Of a DNA stretch of 64,000 bases, positions 17,969 to 26,789 are shown one piece after another. A program made the position numbers and the translations under genes. This stretch comes from Gemmatimonadaceae bacterium (GTDB taxonomy: Bacteria; Gemmatimonadota; Gemmatimonadetes; Gemmatimonadales; Gemmatimonadaceae): the NCBI GenBank assembly GCA_013361935.1, contig JABFXC010000054.1, positions 678 through 64,677 on the forward strand. Direction: 5' to 3'. How positions within the stretch are numbered: position 1 is the stretch's first letter; every line of letters begins with the position of its first letter. The notes beneath the pieces are model-generated. The model was not told the DNA's origin. It saw nothing but the letters and a program-made list of their open reading frames with translations, and searched no databases.

Positions 17969-18097
17969 GGATTAGTGTCCAGTCATGAGCGGGAAGTGTC
18001 GCGTGCCGCGCCGCATCGCGCCGATGCGCGGCGACGACCAGCATAGCGTTTGCCATGCGTCGTGAACAGGGGGCCGGCTTCGACGATCGGAGGATTC

Positions 18098-18643
18098 ATG
18101 AGCACCGACAGCATGCGCGCCGCCACTGGCGGTGACGAACGGGAGACAGCGCGCCGCACCGAGATCGCCGTCCTCGCCGGCGGGTGCTTCTGGGGAATGG
18201 AGGACATCCTCCGCGACGTTCCCGGCGTCCTCGACACGGACGTCGGCTACACGGGCGGGTGGCTCGTCAATCCGACCTACCACGACACGCACGACAGCAA
18301 GAGCGGCCACGCCGAGGCGGTGCGCATCACCTTCGATCCGTCGGTGATCGGCTACGAGGAGCTGCTCGAGAAGTGGTTCTTCCGCCTCCACGATCCGACG
18401 ACGCTCAACCGCCAGGGAAACGACGTCGGCACCCAGTACCGCTCGGCGATCTTCCCGCAGTCGCCGGAGCAGAAGGAGATCGCCGAGCGCGTGATCGCGC
18501 GCGTGAACGCATCCGGCAAATGGAAGCGCCCGATCACGACGAGCATCGAGCCTGCGTCCACGTGGTACAGCGCCGAGAAGTACCACCAGGATTACCTGCG
18601 GAAGAATCCCGGCGGCTACACGTGCCACTACTTGAGGGACTAG
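18098..18643 (+). CDS. msrA: Peptide-methionine (S)-S-oxide reductase
   Basis: GCFWGMED active-site motif with conserved downstream GYTGG, HAEAV, QGNDVGTQYRSAIF and YHQDYL. The ATG at 18098 is preceded by GGAGG. The tracked ORF begins at an upstream TTG (18050). Confidence 0.9.
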   Translation: MSTDSMRAATGGDERETARRTEIAVLAGGCFWGMEDILRDVPGVLDTDVGYTGGWLVNPTYHDTHDSKSGHAEAVRITFDPSVIGYEELLEKWFFRLHDPTTLNRQGNDVGTQYRSAIFPQSPEQKEIAERVIARVNASGKWKRPITTSIEPASTWYSAEKYHQDYLRKNPGGYTCHYLRD

Positions 18644-18720
18644 GGGTCGGGGGTCGGAGGTCGGGGGGTCAGCGGTCAACGCCGACGGCTGACTCCCGAC
18701 CCCTGACCCCCTGACTGTTG
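18644..18720. terminator. Imperfect long palindrome built from GGGGTC(R) heptamer repeats between convergent msrA and radical SAM genes
   Basis: ggggtcgggggtcggaggtcggggggtcagc...gctgactcccgacccctgaccccctgac. The right arm overlaps the last codons of the radical SAM ORF. Coordinates are approximate. Confidence 0.4.
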
Positions 18721-20658
18721 GCCCCCGACCCTCTGATGCCGGACGATCCCCGTCATCACGATCTCGTAGTGCAGTCCCTTGATCGCCAGGTTGAACGCTT
18801 TCACGAGATACGTTCCGGGGAAGCGATGCAGCCGACGCTGGCGGGTGAAGTATTCGCCGCTCCAGCGGTAGAGCGCACGCAAGTCGTCGACCGTCGGTGA
18901 GCGGCGCTCGATGCGCTCCTTGAGCCCCGACGCCCACGTCGCGATCTCGTCGAGCCGGCGGCCGGGGTCGGCACGCACCACCGCGTCGTGCGCGCGATCG
19001 ACCAGCGCCGTGAGACGCGCGACGTCCACCTCCGCGATCCGCGCCTGCCCCGAGCTGGCGAGCGCGCGCAGCCGCTTTCGCAGCTCGCTCACCGCTCGCC
19101 CCGCTTCGCGCAGGCTCGCGCGGTCGAGACGCATCGCCTGCCAGAGCAGCCGATAGTACTCGCGTCGCGGCGCGCGGACGAACCCCTGCTTCCAGAGCGA
19201 GCGCGCCCCGGCGAGCAGGTCGGCGCCGCGCATCTCGCGGCCGTGGAAGATGTGCGGCTCGATCCGCTCGAGCAGCGCGCGCGAGCGCCGGTACATCTCG
19301 CCCGGTGAGAAGAGCCGCTGCAGGATGCGATGGTAGCCGCGCTGCATCTCCTCCATCGACATCCGGCGCGGCGAGAACTGCACGTCGTCGTCCGTGTTGT
19401 TTCCGGAGAACTCCGCCTCTCGGAGCCTGCCCTCGGCGCGCAGCCGTTCGGCGAGCGGCGTGTACGGCACGGGCGTGAGCATCCCCGTCATCGCCGTCGG
19501 GATCGCGACGTCGGTCGCGAAGGCGGCGATCGCGTCGGCGGTGTCGAGGGTGTCCTCGTCGCAGCCGAAGATGAACCCCGCCATCACCTCGATCCCCTCG
19601 TGCTGGATCCGCGCCACCGTCGCCCGGATGTCCACCTTCAGGTTCTGCTTCTTGTTCATCCCCTTCAGCGCCGCCGGATCGGGATTCTCGATGCCGAGGA
19701 ACACCTCGGCGAACCCGGCCTCCTTCATGAGAGGCAGCAGGTGCGCGAGCTTCGGGGTGCCGAGGTCGAGGCTCGCCTGCGTGTAGAACGAGAACGGGTA
19801 GTCGTGCTCGCGCTGGAAGTCGATCATCACCTGGAGGATCGACTCGATCGCCTCCGGGTTGCCGACGAAGTTGTCGTCGACGGTGAAGATCCCGCCGCGG
19901 TACCCCAGCGCGTGGAGCGCGCCGAGCTCGCGCCGCACCGACTCGAGCGTCTTCGGCCGGGTGAAGCCGCCGTTGAACTGGATGATGTCGCAGAAGTCGC
20001 AGCGGAAGCGGCAGCCGACCGTCGTCTGCATCATCATCGAGCGATAGTCGCGCACGTCGATCAGGTCCCAGCGCGGAGGCGGGATCGTCTCGAGATCGCG
20101 GAAGATCGTTCGGTCGTTGAGCGCCTTGCGTGAGCCCGGCTCCTGCGCGGCGATCGCCGCGGGGATGAGCAGCAGCGGCTCGCCCTCGGAGTGGCGGCGC
20201 TTCTCCGTCGTCAGCAGGCGATCGATCGTCTCGACCCACTGCCCCCCCTCTCCCCACACGAGAACGTCGAGCCCGCGATGGAGGATCTCGTCGGAGGGCG
20301 TCCGCGGCTCGAGGATGTGCGCGCGATAGCTCGATGGATACGGACCGCCGAGTATCCACGGCGTGTCGAGGCCGCGCGCCGGCCCGTCGAGCACGCGGAC
20401 CAGCGATCGCTTCTGCACCGACATCGCGCTCACGAACACCGCATCCGCCGCGGCGATGCGCAGGCGCAGCTCCTCGTCGCTCGGCCGATCGACGTTGAGG
20501 TCGAGCAGCTCGAGCTGCCAGTGGTCCGGGAGCAGCGCGGCGAAGGTGAGGAGCCCGAGCGGCGGGAAGGCCGCCTTCGCGCCGACCATCGGCATGATGT
20601 GCCGATAGCTCCAGAACGAGCTGGCGGGGAACTCCGGGTAGAGCAGGAGCCCGTGCAT
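18676..20658 (-). CDS. B12-binding-domain radical SAM protein with long C-terminal helical extension (DUF4070-like)
   Basis: CRFRCDFC is the CxxxCxxC cluster motif. The N-terminal Rossmann-like region (AADAVFVSAMSVQ, LGGPYPS) resembles a cobalamin-binding domain. Start taken at ATG 20658, with GGAGG 5 nt upstream; the tracked ORF starts at 20673. Confidence 0.85.
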   Translation of the reverse strand: MHGLLLYPEFPASSFWSYRHIMPMVGAKAAFPPLGLLTFAALLPDHWQLELLDLNVDRPSDEELRLRIAAADAVFVSAMSVQKRSLVRVLDGPARGLDTPWILGGPYPSSYRAHILEPRTPSDEILHRGLDVLVWGEGGQWVETIDRLLTTEKRRHSEGEPLLLIPAAIAAQEPGSRKALNDRTIFRDLETIPPPRWDLIDVRDYRSMMMQTTVGCRFRCDFCDIIQFNGGFTRPKTLESVRRELGALHALGYRGGIFTVDDNFVGNPEAIESILQVMIDFQREHDYPFSFYTQASLDLGTPKLAHLLPLMKEAGFAEVFLGIENPDPAALKGMNKKQNLKVDIRATVARIQHEGIEVMAGFIFGCDEDTLDTADAIAAFATDVAIPTAMTGMLTPVPYTPLAERLRAEGRLREAEFSGNNTDDDVQFSPRRMSMEEMQRGYHRILQRLFSPGEMYRRSRALLERIEPHIFHGREMRGADLLAGARSLWKQGFVRAPRREYYRLLWQAMRLDRASLREAGRAVSELRKRLRALASSGQARIAEVDVARLTALVDRAHDAVVRADPGRRLDEIATWASGLKERIERRSPTVDDLRALYRWSGEYFTRQRRLHRFPGTYLVKAFNLAIKGLHYEIVMTGIVRHQRVGGQQSGGQGSGVSRRR

Positions 20659-20790
20659 GCAGACCTCCGGCATTAGTCGCTGTCCGCGACTATATAGCGC
20701 CTTCCTGGCCCGTTGTCACCCCGAGCCGCATCCGCCGCTCGAGCCCGCCGCGCGCCGCACCCCTCGCCGGAGGACTGTCCGGCCGCCATC

Positions 20791-21426
20791 ATGGCGGCTT
20801 ACCAGCCAATGGAGCGAATGCATGACGGCCGAGCCGAGCGGGACGAAGCAGACTCTCGATCGCGAGCGGTACCGCCTCGCGACCTGATCCCGGCGGTGCG
20901 CGTGCTCGGGATCTTCCGCGCCGTGCGCGCGCTCGGCGCGCTGCGCGGCGCGAGGCTCGTGCGAGTCGCGAGCAGCGCGAACCGCGGGATGCGCGCGCTC
21001 GGCAGCGTGATGGGGCGGCGTGGCATCGGCTACGTCGCCACTCTCTCGCTCGTCGTCACCCTCACCGGCGCGGCGGGGATGTACGCATTCGAGCGCGGCG
21101 TCCCCGGCAGCACGATCGACAGCTTCGCCAGCGCGCTCTGGTGGACGGCGATGATCCTGACGACGATGGGCTCCGACTACTTCCCGCGCACCGCGGAGGG
21201 ACGCCTGCTCTGTCTTCTCCTCGCGACCTACGGCTTCGCGATCTTCGGCTACGTCGCCGCGACGATCGCCAGCTTCTTCGTCGCCCGCGACGCGGACACC
21301 GACCAGGGCGAGATCGCCGGCGCCAAGCAGATCGTCGCGCTCGAGCGCGCGGTAGCCGGACTGAGGTCGCGCATCGACGTCCTCATCTCGACGCTCGGGG
21401 AGTCAGGGGTCAGGCGCCAGGAGTAA
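20791..21426 (+). CDS. Ion channel, S4-like helix plus pore domain (Ion_trans_2-like), non-canonical filter
   Basis: S4-like RVLGIFRAVRALGALRGARLVRV followed by S5, pore helix SFASALWWTAMILTTMGSDYFP and S6. Start uncertain; the ATG at 20791 was chosen and the tracked ORF starts at 20713. Confidence 0.7.
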   Translation: MAAYQPMERMHDGRAERDEADSRSRAVPPRDLIPAVRVLGIFRAVRALGALRGARLVRVASSANRGMRALGSVMGRRGIGYVATLSLVVTLTGAAGMYAFERGVPGSTIDSFASALWWTAMILTTMGSDYFPRTAEGRLLCLLLATYGFAIFGYVAATIASFFVARDADTDQGEIAGAKQIVALERAVAGLRSRIDVLISTLGESGVRRQE

Positions 21427-21494
21427 GGAACTGCGTTGACTGCGGCTGACGCCGTTCCTCACGCCCGGCCGCTGGCCCCGGTAGATTCCCCATC

Positions 21495-22454
21495 GTGCCC
21501 CCCGCTGATCTTCTCGAGTCCTACCGGCCCGCGCTCACCGGCCACTGCTACCGCATGCTCGGCTCCGTCGTCGACGCCGAGGACGCGGTGCAGGAGGCGA
21601 TGCTCCGCGCGTGGAAGGCGATGGACCGCTTCGAGGAGCGCGCGTCGCTGAAGACCTGGCTCTATCGCATCGCGACCAACGTCTGCCTCGACCAGCTCGA
21701 GTCGAGCGAGCGGCGGCGGGTCCGTCCCCTCGACCTCTCTCCGGTACCGGGCGAGGTGCGCGAGGACATGGCGCTCCCGCAGCGCGGACGCGAGCACTGG
21801 GTCGAGCCGATCCCCGACGCGATGGCCCTCCCCGCGGAAGGGACGCTCGATCCCGGCGAGCGCGCGTTGCTGAAGGAGAGCATCCGTCTCGCCTTCGTCG
21901 CCGCGCTGCAGTATCTCCCGCCTCGGCAGCGTGCGGTGCTGCTGCTGACGCAGGTGCTCGAGTTCAGCGCCGCGGAGACGGCGAAGTCGCTCGACATGAG
22001 CGTGGCGGCGGTGAACAGCGCGCTGCAGCGTGCTCGCGGGACGCTCGATGCGCGCAACCCCGCCGTCACCCCGCGCGCGCTGAGCGGGGAGCAGACGCGG
22101 CTCGTCGCACGCTACGTGGATGCCTTCGAACGCTACGACGTCGCCGCGCTCACCGCGCTGCTTCACGAGGAGGCGACGCTCTCGATGCCGCCGTACGAGC
22201 TCTGGCTCCAGGGGCACGAGCCGATCGCGCGGTGGCTGCTCAGCTACGGGATCGGCTGCCGCGGGTCGCGGCTCGTTCCGGTGGACGCGTGCGGCGGGAC
22301 GCCGGCATGGGCGCAGTACCGCGACGGGGGCGCGACGCCATGGGCGCTCCTGATGCTCGAGATCGACGGCGACCGGATCCGCGGGATGACCTCGTACCTC
22401 GACGTCGAGACGCTCTTCCCGCGGTTCGGGGTGCCGATGCGGCTGGGCAGTTAG
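21495..22454 (+). CDS. ECF sigma factor with C-terminal SnoaL/NTF2-like extension (ECF41/SigJ-like)
   Basis: Region 2: [42 protein letters not shown]. Region 4: [44 protein letters not shown]. About 120 aa of extra C-terminal domain ([28 protein letters not shown]). Confidence 0.85.
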   Translation: MPPADLLESYRPALTGHCYRMLGSVVDAEDAVQEAMLRAWKAMDRFEERASLKTWLYRIATNVCLDQLESSERRRVRPLDLSPVPGEVREDMALPQRGREHWVEPIPDAMALPAEGTLDPGERALLKESIRLAFVAALQYLPPRQRAVLLLTQVLEFSAAETAKSLDMSVAAVNSALQRARGTLDARNPAVTPRALSGEQTRLVARYVDAFERYDVAALTALLHEEATLSMPPYELWLQGHEPIARWLLSYGIGCRGSRLVPVDACGGTPAWAQYRDGGATPWALLMLEIDGDRIRGMTSYLDVETLFPRFGVPMRLGS

Positions 22455-22460
22455 CGGGGC

Positions 22461-22603
22461 GACGTGGGAGGGACGTGGGGACGGGGGAGCGAGTTGGGGA
22501 GGCGGGGACGACGTGGGACGTGGGAGGTGGGAGGGAGGACTCACACGTCAGACGTCGTCCCAGCCCTGCCCTCGCTCCCCCGTCCCACGTCCACTCCCAC
22601 GTC
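22461..22603. repeat. ~143-nt nested inverted repeat (33-nt outer arms, 10-11-nt inner arms) built from GACGTGGGA units
   Basis: The left arm gacgtgggagggacgtggggacgggggagcgag pairs with the right arm ctcgctcccccgtcccacgtccactcccacgtc (two indels). Inner arms are gggacgacgt / acgtcgtccc. Lies in the sigma-DoxX spacer. Confidence 0.7.
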
Positions 22604-22678
22604 GAGGTCGACCGGCGACGACCGATGAGTTTTCCAGAGAGTGGCCGTCCAACCATGTGAACCCCAACCGAGGTCACC

Positions 22679-23095
22679 ATGACGACGCTTCCTTTCTCCC
22701 TCGCTTCCGACGCCTGGTCGCCGTCGCGCGCCGCGCGCTGGACCGGCCGCGTGCTCAGCGCGATCGCCGTCCTCTTCCTCACCTTCGACGCGGCGATCAA
22801 GCTCGCCGGCGCGCGCGAAGCGATCGAGGGAACGACGCAGCTCGGCTGGCAGCCGCATCATCTCCCGATCCTCGGGGCGATCCAGGTCGTCTGCCTCGTC
22901 GTCTATCTCGTCCCCCGCACCGCGCCCCTCGGCGCGATCCTCTGGACGGGCTACCTCGGCGGCGCGATCGCCACGCACCTGCGGCTCGACAACCCCCTCT
23001 TCACGCACATCCTCTTTCCGATCTACGTCGCGGCGCTGCTCTGGGGCGGGCTCTATCTCCGCGACCCGCGCGTTCGCGCTCTCGTTCGCCGTTAG
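22679..23095 (+). CDS. DoxX-like integral membrane protein
   Basis: 138 aa with four hydrophobic helices (VLSAIAVLFLTFDAAIKL, ILGAIQVVCLVVYLV, LGAILWTGYLGGAIATHL, ILFPIYVAALLWGGLYL). This is a typical partner of ECF41-type sigma factors. Confidence 0.7.
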   Translation: MTTLPFSLASDAWSPSRAARWTGRVLSAIAVLFLTFDAAIKLAGAREAIEGTTQLGWQPHHLPILGAIQVVCLVVYLVPRTAPLGAILWTGYLGGAIATHLRLDNPLFTHILFPIYVAALLWGGLYLRDPRVRALVRR

Positions 23096-23130
23096 GCAGC
23101 GCGCATCCATCACCTCTCACACCGAGACCC

Positions 23131-23592
23131 ATGTCCACCAGCCAGTCGCCCGCGCCGCGCATCAGGAAGCCCGCGACGAAGGCGCCGAAGCCGCGCAAGC
23201 TCTTCGTCAACGTCCCCGTCGCCGACGTCCAGCGCTCCATCGATTTCTTCGAGGCCCTCGGCTTCAGCTTCAACGCCCAGTTCACCGACGCGACCGCCGC
23301 CGCGATGCTCGTCGGCGAGGACGCGTACTTCATGCTCCTCATGCCCGACAAGTTCGCCAGCTTCACGAAGCGCCCGCAGGGCGACCCGACGCGCGAGACG
23401 AACGCGCTCTTCGCCGTGGGCCTCGACAGTCGCGCCGAGGTCGAGGCGATGGTGAAGAGGGCCATCTCCCTCGGCGGCTCGCACGCGCTGGATCCGCAGG
23501 ACCACGGCTTCATGTACGGGTGGAGCTTCTACGACCTCGACGGGCACCACTGGGAGGTCTTCTGGATGGATCCGTCGGTCGTGCAGGGATAG
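23131..23592 (+). CDS. VOC/glyoxalase-fold family protein
   Basis: Last 153 codons of tracked ORF 22513..23592, from MSTSQSPAPR. Contains LFVNVPVADVQRSIDFFEALGF and FYDLDGHHWEVFWMD, typical of the glyoxalase/bleomycin-resistance fold. Confidence 0.75.
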   Translation: MSTSQSPAPRIRKPATKAPKPRKLFVNVPVADVQRSIDFFEALGFSFNAQFTDATAAAMLVGEDAYFMLLMPDKFASFTKRPQGDPTRETNALFAVGLDSRAEVEAMVKRAISLGGSHALDPQDHGFMYGWSFYDLDGHHWEVFWMDPSVVQG

Positions 23593-23693
23593 GGGCCAGG
23601 GCCACCGGCGAGGCGTGAGGAGCCGCGGTGACGGCAGTTGCCGCCGTTCCTTCCGCCTGGCCCCCGGCCCCCGCAAGTGCGGTACATTCCCTC

Positions 23694-24650
23694 ATGCGCG
23701 ACATCCGAGCAGCGACGACGCAGTTCCAGCATGCGCCCGGCGACAAGGCGTACAACCTCGGCCGCATCCGGCACTTCGTCGAGCGGGCATCGAGGGAGAA
23801 GGTCGAGATCATCGCCTTCCCCGAGATGTGCATCACCGGCTACTGGCACACGCGGAAGCTCGATCGCGACGCCTTCGCCGCGCTCTCCGAGCCGGTGCCC
23901 GAGGGTCGGTCGACGCAGGAGCTGCTCGGCCTCTCGCGCGAGCACGGCATGACGATCGGCGCCGGGCTCGTCGAGCGCGACGAGGAGGGGCGCTTCTACA
24001 ACGCGTACGTCGTCGCGATGCCTGACGGGACCTGGGCGGTGCACCGCAAGCTGCACGTCTTCGTGAGCGAGTTTCTCACCCCCGGCGACCACTACACGGT
24101 GTTCGACACTCCGCACGGCTGCCGCGTGGGGGTGCTGATCTGCTACGACAACAACATCGTCGAGAACGCGCGCGCCACCGCGCTCGCCGGCGCGGAGATC
24201 CTCCTCGCCCCGCACCAGACGGGCGGGTGCAACTCGGTGAGCCCGCGCGGGATGAAGCCGATCGACCGCGCGGTATGGGACGCCCGAGCCGAGGATCCCG
24301 CGACGTGCGAGGCGGAGCTCTGCGGGCCGAAGGGGCGCGGGTGGCTGATGCGCTGGCTGCCGAGCCGCGCGCACGACAACGGGATGTACATCCTCTTCGC
24401 CAACGGCGTCGGCCCCGACGACGACGAGGTCCGCACGGGGAACGCGATGATCCTCGACCCCTACGGTGAGATCGTCGCCGAATCGCGCGCGCTCGGCGAC
24501 GACATCGTCGTCGCCGAGCTTGACGCATCGCTGCTCCCCACCTCGTCGGGCCGCCGCTGGATGCGCGCGCGGCGGCCCGAGCTGTACGACTCGCTCACCC
24601 GCCGGACGGGGAACGAGCAGGAGACCCGGCAGGTGCGCTTCGGGAAGTGA
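23694..24650 (+). CDS. Carbon-nitrogen hydrolase (nitrilase superfamily)
   Basis: Glu-Lys-Cys triad contexts: IIAFPEM, AVHRKLH, VGVLICYDN. Start taken at MRDIRAATTQ (ATG 23694). Confidence 0.85.
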   Translation: MRDIRAATTQFQHAPGDKAYNLGRIRHFVERASREKVEIIAFPEMCITGYWHTRKLDRDAFAALSEPVPEGRSTQELLGLSREHGMTIGAGLVERDEEGRFYNAYVVAMPDGTWAVHRKLHVFVSEFLTPGDHYTVFDTPHGCRVGVLICYDNNIVENARATALAGAEILLAPHQTGGCNSVSPRGMKPIDRAVWDARAEDPATCEAELCGPKGRGWLMRWLPSRAHDNGMYILFANGVGPDDDEVRTGNAMILDPYGEIVAESRALGDDIVVAELDASLLPTSSGRRWMRARRPELYDSLTRRTGNEQETRQVRFGK

Positions 24651-25686
24651 AGGCGCCGCGCAGCGACTCCGCCGCGAGCTGCTGCGCCTCGCGCGCCTTC
24701 GCGAGGACGGGCGTCATCCCGAAGAACTCGTGTGTCACGCCGTCGAACACGCGGCGCTGCACGTCGACCCCGCTCTCGCGCAGGCGCCGCTCGAGAAGCT
24801 CGCCCTCGCTCCGCAGCGGGTCGAGCTCCGCGTTGATGATCGTCGCCGGCGGCAGCCCGGAGAGATCGGTGCGGTCGAGGGAGATCGCCGGTGTGGCACC
24901 GTCGGCCGGGGTCCGCAGGTACTGCTCGAAGAACCACTCCATCGCCGGCTTGTCGAGCGGCTGCGCCTCGGCCATCTCGCGATAGCTCTCGGTGTTCGTG
25001 TCGTAGCCGGCGATCGGGTAGACGAGCACCTGGTGCAGCGGGAACTGGATCCCCGCGTCGCGGGCGTTCAGGCAGACGACGGCCGCCATGTTTCCCCCGG
25101 CGCTCTCGCCGACGATCGCGACACGCGAGGGATCGCCGCCCAGCTCGCGCGCGTTGGCGATCACCCACCTGTAGGCGGCGAAGGTGTCCTCGTGCGCGGC
25201 CGGAAACTTGTTCTCCGGCGCCTGACGGTAGTGCGTCGAGACCACGATGCAGTGCGCCTTGTTGCAGATCGCGCGCGCCGACGAGTCGTACGTGTCGATC
25301 GTCGCGATCACCCAGCCGCCGCCGTGGATGTAGAGCGCGACCGGGAGCAGTTGGTCCGACGCGGCGCTCGCCGGCTTGTAGACGCGGATCTCGATGTCGC
25401 CGCCGGGACCGTCGATCTTCCGGTCGTCCACGTCGCCGACCTCCTCCGGGTCGGTGCTCTCCCCACGCTCCCTGAGCAGCGCCTTCACCGCGTCCGCGGG
25501 GGTCGGGTGCTTGCGCGCCAGCTTCGGCGGCAGCTCGTAGAAGGGCCTGGGGTCGGAGGAGATCATGACGCGCAGTACCGCCGCCATCTCCGGGTCGGGC
25601 CGCCGGCCGTCGAACTTCTCGGCGAGCGCCGCGATCTGCTGGGGCGAGCCGTCGTGCGACTTGTCGAAGTGCTGTTGAAGATCCAT
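24595..25686 (-). CDS. Alpha/beta hydrolase, hormone-sensitive-lipase-like esterase
   Basis: HGGGW oxyanion motif (ALYIHGGGWV), nucleophile elbow GESAGGN, and late DPL and H (VTHEF). Its 3' end overlaps the convergent nitrilase gene by 56 nt. Confidence 0.85.
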   Translation of the reverse strand: MDLQQHFDKSHDGSPQQIAALAEKFDGRRPDPEMAAVLRVMISSDPRPFYELPPKLARKHPTPADAVKALLRERGESTDPEEVGDVDDRKIDGPGGDIEIRVYKPASAASDQLLPVALYIHGGGWVIATIDTYDSSARAICNKAHCIVVSTHYRQAPENKFPAAHEDTFAAYRWVIANARELGGDPSRVAIVGESAGGNMAAVVCLNARDAGIQFPLHQVLVYPIAGYDTNTESYREMAEAQPLDKPAMEWFFEQYLRTPADGATPAISLDRTDLSGLPPATIINAELDPLRSEGELLERRLRESGVDVQRRVFDGVTHEFFGMTPVLAKAREAQQLAAESLRGAFTSRSAPAGSPARSPSGG

Positions 25687-25767
25687 CGAGAGAGGTCCTC
25701 GTCAGAAGGAGTCCGCGAGAGACCCCGCCCCCGGCATCGGGAGCGGGGCCGTTCGCGTCGGGGTGCC

Positions 25768-26757
25768 TTACGCGAGGCTCGGAATGAAGAACGGCTGCAC
25801 GATCGCGATGACTTCGGCCTTCGTCAGCGGCTCGTCGAACGCTTCCGTCACGGCATCGGTGCCGCCCATGATCCCGCTCAGCGACGCGGCGTTGATCGAC
25901 GCCTCGGCGCTGCCGTTGAAGACGACGTGCGTCGTGTTGCTCTCCGGCGTCGCGCCGCCGTAGATCTTGCCGAACGCGGCGACGACGTCGGCGCTCGGCG
26001 AGCCCGTCGCGCCGGCGGCCGCGGCGCCACCGCCGCGGATCGTACCGCTCAGCCGCACGACGTCCGGTGCGCCCATCGCCAGCCGGCGGATGCGGCGGAT
26101 GCGCGCGGCGTGGCGCGCTTCCACCGAATGGATGCGCAGCGCCGCCTCGAGCACCGCGTTGTGCGTCGTGTCGTTGTTGCCGATGAGATTCCCCGCCTGC
26201 CCCTTGTAGGCGCGGACGCCCGTGTCCTCGGCCCCCTGGGCGACGGCGAGGAGGAAGGCGGCGTCGGTCGTCGCCGGCTTGAAGGGACCGTTGCCGCTGC
26301 CGCGGCCGCCGGTGAAGTCGAAGTCCGTCGCCGTGAGCGCGCTCGTCGCGCCCTGCTGCTCGAGAAACGCGACGTGCTGCGCCTCGTGCTTCTGGATCTG
26401 CTGCACCGTGGCGAGCGCGGCGCCGGTGATGCTCGCACGAACGCCGACGAAGGCGGCGTTCTGCGCGGCGGAGCCGCTCGTGCCGAGCACCGCCTTGTAG
26501 AACTCGTTCTCGAAGATCTCGAGCGCGAGCGCGAAGTCGAGCACCGCCTTGATGTCGGCGGGGAGCGCGGTGCCCTGGCCGAAGGCCTCGCGCGAGAGCG
26601 CGGCGAGGGCGACGGGGACCGAGGCCATCGCGAGCCCCATGGCGACGGTCGAGCCGACGGCGGCCCCCTTGGCGATCGCCGCGCGGCGTGTGACGAGCCG
26701 GTCGGTGATCTCGGGATCGATCGCGTCGAGAATCGGGACGTTGGTTGTGCTGGTCAT
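25768..26757 (-). CDS. Tat-signal ferritin-like domain protein
   Basis: 329 aa. RRAAIAKGAAVG twin-Arg region. Ferritin-like helices LDFALALEIFENEFY, KHEAQHVAFL, GAEDTGVRAYKGQA and SVEARHAARIR. Confidence 0.75.
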   Translation of the reverse strand: MTSTTNVPILDAIDPEITDRLVTRRAAIAKGAAVGSTVAMGLAMASVPVALAALSREAFGQGTALPADIKAVLDFALALEIFENEFYKAVLGTSGSAAQNAAFVGVRASITGAALATVQQIQKHEAQHVAFLEQQGATSALTATDFDFTGGRGSGNGPFKPATTDAAFLLAVAQGAEDTGVRAYKGQAGNLIGNNDTTHNAVLEAALRIHSVEARHAARIRRIRRLAMGAPDVVRLSGTIRGGGAAAAGATGSPSADVVAAFGKIYGGATPESNTTHVVFNGSAEASINAASLSGIMGGTDAVTEAFDEPLTKAEVIAIVQPFFIPSLA

Positions 26758-26789
26758 GATGAGTGATGCTCCTCGAGTGATGGCGTGAG

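Noticed and set aside
24595-24650. 56-nt overlap of the convergent nitrilase and esterase 3' ends, and a 50-nt overlap of GntR and GAF at 28755..28804. These could be read as signs of frameshift or misassembly.
   Set aside because: Both partners keep family-typical sequence almost to their stops, and the extreme C-terminal tails are low-complexity. Such overlaps are common in compact high-GC genomes. I have no evidence of a disrupted frame.
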